Source of the DNA: Trichoplax adhaerens
Taxonomy: Eukaryota; Animalia; Placozoa
NCBI RefSeq assembly: GCF_000150275.1
Contig: NW_002060946.1
Location: forward strand, 158,678 to 222,677
Direction of reading: 5' to 3'
Length of the DNA stretch: 64,000 bases
Shown here: piece after piece, positions 41,726-54,900 of the stretch
Layout of the letters: each line of letters starts with the position of its first letter
Numbering within the stretch: position 1 is the first letter of the stretch
Notes under the pieces: generated by a model
Database searches by the model: none
The model's input: the letters and a program-made list of their open reading frames with translations, nothing else
Told to the model about the DNA's origin: nothing
Made by a program: the position numbers and the translations under genes

Positions 41726-43340
41726 ACTAAGATGTAGCTATTTCATCCATTGTTGATAACTGAACTTCATTAAGATAATCTAGAACATCTTGAGTTAATC
41801 CCGGGTATTTTAATGACTAGAAGAAGATATAAAATTCTCAGATTACATCTTAGTATCGATAAACTTGTGCAATGTTATTAGTAGCGGGCCATTATGAATC
41901 TTTACTACTGCATGGCCTAAAGCTAAAGCACCAGTATACTATGCTGTGAAATTTTCAGCTACAACTAGAACGAGCATGTTTTCATTTCGAAGCACTATCC
42001 AAATTACACGAAATGATCATCTATCAGCTAATGCAATGGATTTTATGTGAATTAGAAGGAATATCATAGAGACAATCTCGAATACTTCTAGAAGTATAAA
42101 AATGATATTGCAGTCGATGCAGAAAAGGTTACAAAATACTATTAGATGAGACTTACATCTGTTTGCAAAGATTGAAATGGTTCCATTCCATACTGTTGTA
42201 GTATACATCGAGCAATTTGGAACGCTCTACAACGATATTGATCATCGCTATAACGATTGATTGCCGTAGTTAATAATTTATCAACAGTTTTTACTGCCAC
42301 TGATGATTGGGTGGTATCCAATTTTTGCATTAAATTGGTCAAGCGATCATGCAAATTATCTCCATCATCATCCGTATGATGAGTTGTTAGATTGCGATTG
42401 ATACTATCTTGGTCATTCAAGCCAGTAGGGCAAGTGATGTAAGTAGGCGAATGATCATTATTAATATTATCGTTTTCTTCATTCTTCCAACACGTTGCAT
42501 CATCGTTCAATGAATCATTTTGCGTATAAAATGGAGCAACACAACAACCATCATCGATGATGGAAGATGGCAACGAAATTTCCGATTCCTCCGAGGTTAA
42601 CTTGCTATCAGATTCCATTACCTTCTAATCAGCTTTATTCTTTCACTTCGATTATAATTATTGTTTTTACCTGTAGTAAAAGCATAATAAAGGCTATTAC
42701 CATGTTCTACCACAGTAAACGATAGCATTGTCTATCAATCCTGAGCCATACTAAAGTAGTAATTATCGCGATCTCATTACCTAACTAAGAAAATTTTACT
42801 TTTAAAGTAGTTCAAGTTGCTCACCAAATAACTCGTGCCGGCCCAGTGCCCAATCTCCATAGGGACCATTTCAGACCCCTGGTCTTAACTGAAGGGATCG
42901 GCAACATACTGTAAGCGGTCGACAGTATAGTGTATTGGTCTTACACTATTAGTATACTAGTTATTATAGCAGTCCCTGACTCTGAGACAGCTGCAGCTAG
43001 TGAATCCGGTACACGGTGCATGGAAGCTACGGATAGACAGATGGTTTCATTCATGACAGCATTTTCTCTTTCGAGTCCTTGTTACGGTGAAGTAGGTATT
43101 CTATGATGGATGCATGGAGGTCGAAAAAACTTTCCATTACCTCGATGGATAGATCACTTTGTGTCATCAATGTAAAATACAATCAATATTGCTCTAACTA
43201 GATGAATCAATGGACACCAATTGCTGTTTCATTGATCGCCTACGGCAAGAAAAATTTTCTTTTCACGCATTACAGCCTGGTGCGTGCAACTCATTGGACT
43301 CGTCTGCAGAGCCGATTCCTTCTTGAAGTAAAATTGCAAG
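41726..43340 (-). other. Unknown multi-exon gene, probably decaying
   Basis: 158-aa ORF 42618-42142 with a gtaagt donor at ~42156 and a terminal-exon-like SLKYPGLTQDVLDYLNEV..*. Neighbouring exon-like segments contain in-frame stops. Family not recognised. Confidence 0.35.
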
Positions 43341-45309
43341 CAAAATATGCAAATGAAATGTATCCAACTGTCCATTCCATATCATTCTATGAGTATTCGT
43401 ATATCATCCAATCGAAAGACCCCTAGTTGGTGCCCATCAATTGCAGTAGAATGTATACATCGGCTATCCATGCAAGCTCACATACCTACATTATTCAATT
43501 CAGCAAACCTTAATAAAATGCATGCCACCATCGATGTCGATGACAACAACCTTATTATAAACCGAATACCATATCCAACCATACGAAATTTTCATAGCTA
43601 TATAGAATACAGTATTATGCTCTACTTATGCAATACTTTCGCAAAATAGGTGTACCTATGCTTTCTTGAATCATCTATTGTCAAAGGATTATTTTTTAAA
43701 TACACGTATCTCCTCTCCATTATGGTCCAATAAAGAATTAGTTTTGACTAAGAATAGTATCTAACGATGCACTGGTATTTTTAGTAGTCCATAATCTAAC
43801 TAATCCTCATTAAGATCATTCAATCGAAAGACTCCAAATAAAGTACACCATACGCGCATAATAGTGTAAGCTGGAGTGCTATTTAATATCTACTTTATAC
43901 CATTCAGCAAACCTCAATAAAGTACACCTTACTATTACTGATGCAACCTTGACTAGCCGATCATGCATACGAAAAATTCGATTGCTACTGAGGGTACAGA
44001 GTATATTATTTTATTATACTATACTTTTATTTAATTTGCATAATAGATGTGTCTGAGCTTTCTTGAATCATCTGCTGTCAACGGATATAGAAAATACTCC
44101 TTCCGATCACGATCTAATAATAAATCATGCATTATTACTAAGACGAAATATCTACCTGACGTAAACTCAGTAAGATATCGAAAGAATCCTAGTAAAGTGT
44201 AGCGCAATCTGGATTGCCATTCCATACCGGCATTATTGTATCCTAATCTACAAGCTTAAATAAGAAGCAGGCCAGTGTATTGACAATCTTGACTAGCTGA
44301 TCTCATATATCTAGCTAGAAAATGGTGGAAAATCCTATAGTGACATAGAGTATAAGTACAGTAAGTTTTTATGCTGATCGCATAAAACGCATACCAGTGT
44401 ACTCGTACTTCTGCTTTTCTTAATTGTCTACTGTCGAAAGACGCAAAAAAAATACCTCCAATCTCCTGCCAATAATATCGATAGGCAAGTATCGAATAAT
44501 CAATTATAATGTATATTCCCGCTATATAAGGACAACTTCTAACTGATCTCGACCCCAAAATGACTCACAAGTTCATTAAACATCCGATCAACAGGAATGT
44601 AAAGTGTTTATTCACTATCGTTGGATAAATATTTTTCAATAATATCAGCTTGAAGACTCTTTTTATGTGTGCACAAGTCTGTGCACAAGTGTTTTATCAA
44701 GTATGAAATTCTCACAACCAATCTGGTACAAAAAACTCTCTCTTATGTAAAAGTTGGAGTGTACCACTCCTAAAAATTTACCGTGACCGAAACCTGAACC
44801 ACTGGCTACTAAAAATGAGTGAGGGATATACCATGTATCTGTGGACAGTTTTAGCAAAGTACTCCAAGAATTGGTTAAGTAGCAATGTACTCTATGCGTA
44901 CTAGATTGCACGGTGTATGACTTAAATTCACAGCAAGTAAAGTAAAAGTACTCTCCTAATCAGTTAAACTCAATATCACTGCACCGCATTTAAGATCATT
45001 TTGGTCATCCAAAGACCTCGAAATATCTGAATTAATTCATTACCAATTGAATATATCCTTAGATGGTTCGGATTAAGTGTGAAGAGAGCAATTTTTACAC
45101 GTGAATATCACAGCGAATGTTATAGTCTAGTAAATATTTTCATCAAGTTCTAATGGTAGGGGGGCTTCAGAGTGACTACCATGCAATGATAATAAAATAA
45201 AAATTATCCCTTCTATATTGGCGTAAAGCATCGTTTGAATAACTTTGTACACAACCACCAAGTGAGATATTTTTAAATGTCATCCAACTTCTAATTGTCA
45301 ACAAATACA

Positions 45310-45800
45310 GGTTAAAGTAACTTTGGAGTCAAAAAATAAGTATACCCGGTTTAAATCCTAGCATATACGCGTACGTAGTACTAGGTAATAAAAAGAAGAA
45401 TATCATCCGTAAAACATGGAGTAAATAACCAGCAATCAAGCCCTGTCTTACTAATACTCGCACCGATATAACAAGGTCATGTCGATGTACTGTAAAGTAA
45501 CTTTGGAATCGAGAAATAAACACAAGTATGTCAGGTTTAAGACTTATCATACGAGGTGTTTGCGTAAAACGTAGAGCAAATAACCGGCAATGAAGCCTAG
45601 TCTTACTAATACTCTTATCGATATAACAAGCGCCACGTCGCTATACAGTACAGTAAAATAACTTTGAAGTCGAAAAATATGTTTGATAGATTCAAATCCT
45701 AGCATGCATCTAATATGTTCTAAAACGAAGTGCAACTGTAAAACATGCAGCAAAATAACCGGCAATCAAGCTTAGTCTTACTTATACTGAGATCGGTACA
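45310..45800. repeat. Diverged tandem repeat, 3 x ~160-180 bp
   Basis: taactttg(g/a)a and aaataacc(a/g)gcaat..gtcttact blocks each recur three times. Confidence 0.8.
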
Positions 45801-48800
45801 ACAAGCGTCATGCCGCGTTGGACTCCGGAGCTCTCTAAATATGTCACAACTAGGTGATGACAAGATAGGCCTTGGACTAAAATGACTTCAGTAACAACTC
45901 ATAAATGATATTATTGATATGGAAAAGGATTTCCCAGTGATATTGATCCACTCTATTTTACTCGAAGTAACGTACTGAAATAGCAACAAACTGATAGTAA
46001 CAAAACTACAATACGCTACATGATGTTATAACATTCCATTGGACTAAATCAACGAGAAAAATTGATCGATATTACTATAGATAAATGAATATAACGAGCA
46101 AAAATGCCCTACAGCACCTTCATGCTTATTGATGCGATATTTTTATATCTTGAATTTAGAGTTTGATGTTGTTTATTCATTATTGATTAATCCTATAATA
46201 GACGTGCACTGCTTTGTCTCTTTCAACCGTGCCAAGATGTAAGTTAACATTTTTGGTATTGATGTTGAATAGTTTAGGCTTAAACTTTAGGGTAGACAGC
46301 TGCTAATTTTGAACTTTCTTCGTTGCGATTAGGATTCTATCATTTGCTATGTAGATGTCGATATAGGGTAATTTATACCTTGTGTAGAAACTGCTGAGGA
46401 TCTTCCTAGTAATAACAATTAACATTTTCAAGTATTTCATTAGTTTCTAGATTTCAAACTGCTCAATGACAACTCCAGAGTTTGTTATATATTAGCCAAA
46501 TTAAGTCTTTTTATTTCATGCCATCTTCGTGAATAGCGTTAGTATATAGCCTAATCATTGTGAATTCCGAGACAGCAGCAGATAGAGAGAGCAAAACCGA
46601 TAAAACCTCATTTATACATGCTTATAGAATATATCGTCGCCACGGTACTAGTTTAATCTGTTTTTTTTCTTTCTTTCACTCCTGTCATTTTTAATTATTG
46701 CTTTAGCAGTATCTACCTCAAGGTATAAGCAATCAAGACTAATATAAGATTGTGTATATTCATTTCCAAATAACTAAGTCGTATCTAATCCTTAACTACT
46801 AAACTGGATTCAAATCTTTCACCAATTTTATCTTCGAACTTTGCAGTATAATAAACTATTAAAATGGCCTAATTCCTACATAATAATCTCTATATTTGCT
46901 ATGAATGCACGTTTTCCATTTATTTACTAGTCTGCTAATCATTCATTTACTACTGAGTACTCTTTAAATAACATGTAATAAAAATTTTCGTTGGTGCCTT
47001 TACGACTTAATCAAGCACAATTGAAGATATAACACAATCAGTAATCAGAAACTATCCTATCCTCCCTTAGATCATTGTAAATCACACCTCAAGTTCTATA
47101 TTAAGCTACTTGATATGGCGATAATATCAGGTATCTTTAGAGGATTAATTTAAAATAAACTACTAGTAATTTGTTACAAAAATTTTTCTAACTTTAACGC
47201 GATATACTAAGTTTCTTTATCCATACGATCGAGTTTAAAGATTGCTCTCGTCAATACACAAGTAAGAACAAACTCATTTTCAATCGGCCAATTTAAATAG
47301 GCAGGTCGACGAAAATAGCTCTCTGTTTTAAAACTGTAATGGTTAACACCTGTTTTCTTTTTTATCAAAGTGAGATAGCTACAGCAATATGAAACTTGAT
47401 CGCTGTTCGTTGTAAGTTAGTAAATTCGAATGATGCGAATCTATTTTGCACTTTGATCTAGTCTCCATATTCCATATTATCGTGTTGAAATGTCCTAATA
47501 AGATCCATCATTGCAATTTAGAGAAGCCTATAATATCACTGCTAACTATTCCACTTAATAAGAAGAATGTCGATATTTATTTATAAATTAATCGATCATG
47601 CCATATTTTTGTATTAATAATTACATAATCAATATATTCCTAAAACACACAATACTTTTACGTAGACTACGTACGCTTTTGCATGGACTGCAACAGACAG
47701 AAACTGAATGGTCAGGTTTGGTTTGTGAGCCATGTAAAAGCATAAAAAAAAGTATGACGACAGTATGCAAATTCTTTTGAGCTGATTCGAGCAATACAAC
47801 TACTTTTTAGGCAAAAAAAAGATTTAGAATATGCTATACAGTCTATTTGACTTTAATTGCCCTTTGCCTATTTGCTGCCAAGAATGAATTATTTCAATAA
47901 TTATATATAGAAATTAAAGCTATAAAGCATAAGATACCATATAAAATACAATCATTCGAGCTGCTCTAATTCTAGCGCAGAGATGATTCTGCATCAATCG
48001 CTAACCTCCTAAGTGGATACCAATTAGGTAGAACTACTCCTTTGTTGGATCAAAGCTATGTGATAATTACTTGCAAGTGTTGCTCTAAATAACATCTATT
48101 TTAAGTATCGACCATGAATGATCGATTGATTCATACAAGAATTGACTAAAAAATGCCCTTCTAAAATATATCTGACTGAAGAGGTAAAAAAAGTGTACTA
48201 CTATAAACAACTCAAAGTGGTCTTATAATGATTATTAACATTATTCGTATTGGATAGTATAGCAATTGGGATAAGTAAACGCTTCCATTAGTTACTGCTG
48301 AAGAGGCTTATTCGATACCCCTCGAATCTGAGTATTTAGTAGCTATATGTTAATGTGCCCCATACTGCCAATGATGACATCATAAACAAAGTTCGACAAT
48401 AAAATGCCCTTTCTTGTTGATAGAGAAATATTGAATATTAAACAACTTCAAATGTGCCATAATCCTAGAATACAAAGCTATGCTTGATATTAAACGAGCT
48501 GTTTATTAATCTTCGCTGTTGGATAGATTATGCCGGAATTGCAAAATCAATGAATAATGCGTCGACATATAAGGCCATTAGTTTTTTCCATCTTCGAGTA
48601 AGCTGATCTATTTCATCCATAACCATCACAACAGGATATTATTACCATTTTGATTGAATTCACCGCTATTCTATCATTCAGTAAGTTGATGTAGACTAGA
48701 CGACGTTAATTCACCAAAAATTAACTATCAATTAGATGTATTGTTAGAAAGACTTCTTTCTTGTCTATGAACATTTAACACATCTTAGACAATCAAACTT

Positions 48801-48903
48801 TGTTCTTTTTTCAAAATTTCAATCCAAGGCACACGTACTCCACATTATAAGGATACACCATCTCTAGATAGACGAACCTGTATATACCAGTATATAATAT
48901 ACA

Positions 48904-51900
48904 ATGGGAGAAACAACTTTTACTTTAGGTTCTGGTTTAACTGAAGATCAGATTGACCAAATTGAAGATTTTGAAATAGCTATGAAGTTACTTAAAGCGC
49001 GTAAAAGTGATATTGGCAACATGGCTATGACATTAGACGATGTTAAAGATATTTTAAAATTATGTATTAACGGTGAAAGACGCAAGAATAGCCAGGTAAC
49101 CCAACCATTGCGTTAACTCTTCCATTGATTTGAGTTGTACTATAAAATGTGATTTTATAGATTAGTTTACTTATTCCCTATTGCAAGGCAAACTTTAAAA
49201 TGGAGTTAAACTAATTTCCTAGTATTCAGACTTTAACCGTAAATTAATCGATAAACTTTGAACTAATATACTAGTAGTTCATTATTCTACAAACAACGTC
49301 TACTAACATTCACAATCTAAGGCTACCATAGACGAGTATAAATTCATTTTGTAAAGCAATTTGAGATAAAGCTTTCAGCTTTTGATTTTCAACCAATACA
49401 TAAACTCGAAAAGATATAATTTACAGATAATTGGTTATTTTGCAAGATCAGGTAGTAGCATTTATAGTCGCCACTGATCTATCCGCCACTTAAGATGCAT
49501 TCCATGGTCGAGAAAAGTTTTTTTATAGTCTATAAATAAGAATTTAAATGAGAAAAAATGATTGCATTAGCTTGTTCAAGCCGATCAAGTTTACTAGAAA
49601 TAGTGGATATAGCATAAGATTGCAAATATCATTTTTCCTTTTTTCAACCTCAATTGATACTCAGCTTGAAAAATTATATCGGTAATTTTTTATCCAAGAA
49701 CAAGTAGAGCATGAACATCTACAATTATAATTTATACAGACAAGGCCATGTATAATCTAATTCATTAAAAGAAAGTCTTCTTGAGGACTTCGATAATGGT
49801 TACATGACATGTTTACATCAATAAGTCAGGCAGAAATTTTGATATACCGTACAAAAAAAATAATGTAAAAGTAAAGTTTTTCACCACTTCAACCGCAACA
49901 ATTACCAGAAAATCTGGTAATAATTCAAGGTAATTATATTTTTTGTAATAACATGAATCATCTTCGATAATGAGTGCAATTAAGAACACCGTATAAATCA
50001 ATTGCATGAAAAAGGAACGATCTTCTACCATCTTTGAAGGAAGAAAACTATTGTAGTGCGGGCCCGAACACACCAAAGAAAAGCCTGACATACTATCGAT
50101 TTTAACAAAAAATTGTGGTTATGGCTTAAATCAACAAATTATATTTCGAAAAACGGCATTACTTGTAGTAGATTGTGGTAAGAGGTACAAGCAAAATATT
50201 CAGTATCATCCTATGTGTCTATAATTTGCATTCCCATCTAGACTAGTCAAAATTAAACCACATGATTGCTGTTTGAATATCATCTTAGCATTCCTTATTG
50301 AATGGAATTACAAATGAAGAAACGTCTATTTTATCAGCTACTAGCATCCGATTCAGTAAAGAGAGCAAGCTAATGAACTTAGCTACTTGGATTTTCTTAA
50401 ATTAACAGGCTAACTTCTTGGCTGCAATCAAGTAGATCTATAGCAGAATTTACTACGTTACTTTCATTGATTACTTGGCTATTGACTGTAGCTCAACAAC
50501 CACTCGTAAAAATGGCCAATCAAAGGGATCTTTTAAGATTTAAGTTTCTAATCAAGGCGAATGACCATCGATGGCCAGGAAAACCCTTAGAGAAAATATC
50601 CTATAGTCGCCATTTCTAGTTATTTCAAAAATGAGTCCTATCAGGGTTATCCAATATATCAATAAAGAGCTTGCTACAGAACGTAAAATAATATTCCTTT
50701 CCATCGATTTATCCCATGCACAAGTTAACGGAATTTACTAGTTTCATTGATTACTTGGTTATTGACTGTAGTTCAACAACCTTTGGCAAAATTGATCAAG
50801 TCAAAGGGATCTTTAAGATTCAAGTTTCAAACCAAGACCAATGACCATTGATAGCTAGGAGAAGCCTTCGAGAAAATAGCTTATAACTGACATTTACAGT
50901 TGTTTTACAAAGTTATCCTATTAAGCTATCCAATGTATCGATAAAGGGTTTGCTGATCAAACAATAAATAATTCGTTTCAATCGAATTAGCCCATACATA
51001 CTCCAGTAAAATTATTCAGTTATGATTTTAGTATTAATCTATATAGTACAACAACTACCGAACTATTTAGACTAATGCTGCTACACTGATGAATTCATAA
51101 GTATTCGAGAGCTAGTTAAAAAAACAAGTTAAAGGCAAAATTGTTCATACTATTTACCGCTAGCAGAGATTTGTTGCTGGTCTTCTTATTCTAGCATTAA
51201 ACCAACAAATTTTTTTCTACTATTATTCTCTAAATGATGGAAAGGAATGATTACTAATAGCTTTGTCCATTTCGCTAGCATTTGCAGATATAGTCTAGGA
51301 AAAGATATGATCCTTCCATGCACTGAATATATCATAACTAAACCATCCTACCATGCTAACAATTGAATATTTTTGCTACTTAAACTACATATTAAGAATA
51401 GAATCAATACTGATACGCTAAGTTCCAGTTCAATTATTTTATTATTTACATTAGATGATCGAATAGAAAGGATGTAATATATTTTATCCATTCCATAAAT
51501 TAATGTTTGAATTCAATTCTACTTGCTTATACTGCACATATACTTATTAGCTCATAGCTTATTGACATTTTGCTATTGTTGTTATTACGTTTTTGATTAG
51601 CTTTCCACGGTCATCAATCAATCAGTAAAAGCATGCGAAGAAAATAAGATAGAGTTAATGAGACTGACCAATGCTTTCCATGACGATATTGTAGCATCGG
51701 TAGACGAGCTAATGAGAGAAGAATGGCATGCAGCCATGTTTAATGTGGATCATAAACTACAGACCATTTCTACTCAATTGGCGGATACTCGATGTCGCTT
51801 ACTAGTAGTAGGTAATTTAAGATTGTTTCAGGTCGTATTGAAACGGAAGAATGTGCTGAAAAAGGTCTCTTAGTAAAGTTGTTACTAATACTGTTTATTA

Positions 51901-54900
51901 TTTTCATCAATGGTTAGGAGAATCCGGTGCGGGAAAGAGCAGTTTTATCAATTTACTTCTTGGCTATGATATCTTACCCAATGGTTTCGAATTCCCTACT
52001 ACATGCCCTTGTGAATTGCATTATAGCACACGCCCTGCTATACACTTATATACGGATTGTCACGGTTCTTCAGAGCCCATTATTGTCCAATTAGATCATA
52101 ATCTTGGATTTTCTGAGCAATTGATCAATTTTACAAGTTGCTGTGATGATCAAAATAACTATTATCAAAGAGCAGAAATTTTCTTACCTTTACCAATTCT
52201 TAAGGTAAATTTATATCTAGGTTTGTCTAACCCTAATTATAGCAATTTCGCCTGTTAGTTATTTCATCAAATTTTCATCTATTGCTTTTTTATTTACATT
52301 AAACTTAACCGGTATGATTTCTTTTCTTTTTTACGGACAAAAGTTACGGTAGTTAATTTCTAGTTAACCCATCGTTTCCTGCAGTTTTCCAAGTAGATTA
52401 CTGATGTGCCAGAACCGAATATTGTTCCATATTAATTATTATCATTCACGATAATTTCAAATTTCCAATGTAGAGAATTAAATAAGTATACTTTATAGCT
52501 ATTGATGGTGATTTCTGAAACATTGATTTCAATTGAACTGCATACTAATTATTCATAGTTAATACAGTCTATTTCTTGCTGTAACAGTATTTAACTATTC
52601 TGCAAGTAATGGTTATAGCTTTCAATTCGGTCTAGTGATTAAACCTACCACCTTATTTAATTAGTTCATTAGCATGGTCAGCATTTATGGATAAAAGTTA
52701 GTTTATTTCTAGTTAATCCGTTATTTCCTATCGTTTTTTCGATAGAATATCGTTATTTGTTAGCATTCACAATAATTTCAAACTCATACTAAAGGGAATT
52801 CAAGAATTATGTGGCTATTCAAAATTACTTCTGGGTCATTAATTCCAATTTGTTCCTTTCAGCTTTAATTACCAGGTTATTAGTAGCTATATGCATTTTT
52901 TATTACTACTTCGATATTTTAGCTATTCTTTTGATAGCAAATAAAATTCCAATACAGCGTAGCGAGTGATTCTAACGCCATTAAATACTGCATTCACCAA
53001 TTAAAGGCATTTCGCTCTATTGCTTCGTTAATAAAATTGATTACGCAAGAATTTACAACGATTGATTTATACAGGGTTTTTAGAAAAAATTGCATTTAAA
53101 GTACTTGTGATAAATGAAGCAACAATTTCGGCATAATATCGACCAATTAACATTTTTTCAATTTTAATGTTGAAAGCATGTATTGTATTCAAAGCAATTT
53201 TATCTTCATCAAAACATAACAAATCCCATCTCTATTTAATGGAATATAAAGCAGATTGGGCATAATATAACGAGTCCATAACGTTCTTAATTCCAATACT
53301 TTTGTATCTTGAAACGATATACAGTACTTCTAATCATCAGTTACATTAGGCAATACAAATGCTACATGTGTCTTCTAACCTATAGGATATTATCATTATA
53401 CATTCTTTCTTTAAACTAACTTATAAATAATTTCATTTTTACCAGCACGGCTTAGTGATTATTGACACACCAGGAATCGATACGGGAGAAGATACTATTA
53501 AACAGTTAATGAGCTATTTACCTTTAATTACTGGAGTTATTTATGTTACACGATGTGATGATGATATTAAATTACAAGAAAATCAGGTATGTGAATAAAC
53601 GATTATAAGTAGATAAACTTGACCAATCCTAAAACTCAAGTTTAGATAGTTTGATTTAATAATTACTTAATGTAGACTACATTACCGAAGATTTAGTACA
53701 TTAATCAATTATATAAAGATATCAAGAGCGATTTAATACCATGTTAGCACAGATTATGTAAGTTGGTAAGGAATTATCATAATTTAATAAGAGTAAGCTA
53801 ATAATATGATTAGCAGGATCTCTACAAAGCTACAAAATAATTGGATCAATTATACGAAAATTTGTCGTAATTTGATATCTGTAGACATCACTTAAGAGCA
53901 TCTAATTGATAACTATGACCAAAAATTAAGTGCTGTAGAAACCAAGTACATATTAAGAAAAAGTATTAAACATGGTAGTGAATAATGCAAAAGTGATTCA
54001 GTCTATATAAATGATACATAGAGAAATCGTCCAATGTCAATGCTTCGCCTATGAAAATTATAATTATAAACATAATATTCTTCCATTTATCTATGCCTAG
54101 TTTATGGATCTATTATCCATCATGTACTATGAATATCAGAAGCTTTTCGAACGATTATCTCCCAAATCTGTCATATTTATATGCACACACAAAGACTACA
54201 TGATGCCGCAAGAATCGATAGAAGATTTACAAAGTAAAATTCGTGCAAAAATGTTAACTTACTGGAGAGGATGCACTGAAACGCAAATCCATTTCCTTTC
54301 AATTACTAAAGCTATCCATTATTTCCATCTTGGCTATATTTCCGACGAATTATACTGTATCATTGGTGGTCTACAACGGCTAGTTATAGATGGTATGAAT
54401 GACAAAGTGCTCAAGCAGGGCGAGTAAGTGTTTGCGATTAGCTTTTCAGCTACACTTGCATTAAGAATGATTTATCATTTTCCTAGTTGAGACATCCTAT
54501 TCTAAACCTAGTGCTAGTATTATAAATAGCAGCTGCTATTTCAAAATGTTTAGAAAATGATTTAGAAAATCTTGCAATTCTTAACGCCAATAACGTATTA
54601 AACTATAACTTGCTTAAAATGATGTAGTATAAACAAAGAAATTTCATAGCCCCAAATTTTACTTATTGAATTTTACTGTGCCTAATAATTACTGCGAATA
54701 TCAAATATATACTTATATTATTTATACAGTTTTAATTACATTCGCTTGCTAATAATGAATGATACATTTTCGGTGTAAACTTACAGAACTTTGCAGAATC
54801 TACTCGATTCCATCCTCTTTCGTTACCGTGTAAGACTACAAAATTTCGACAAAAACCATCACCAAAGAGAAGAAGAAATTGAAAATTTGTTAAAAATTTT

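Noticed and set aside
42800-43340. In-frame TGA codons read as selenocysteine
   Set aside because: TAA and TAG stops occur in the same frames, and there is no recognisable selenoprotein motif or SECIS.
46630-46655. Possible Helitron end (cgtcgccacggtactagt)
   Set aside because: Hairpin is too short and too close to CTAG, with no supporting context.
48150-48230. Relic first exon of a third GTPase paralogue (tatctgactgaagag, YLTEE)
   Set aside because: Only ~15 nt match copy 2, with no in-frame ATG or extended similarity.
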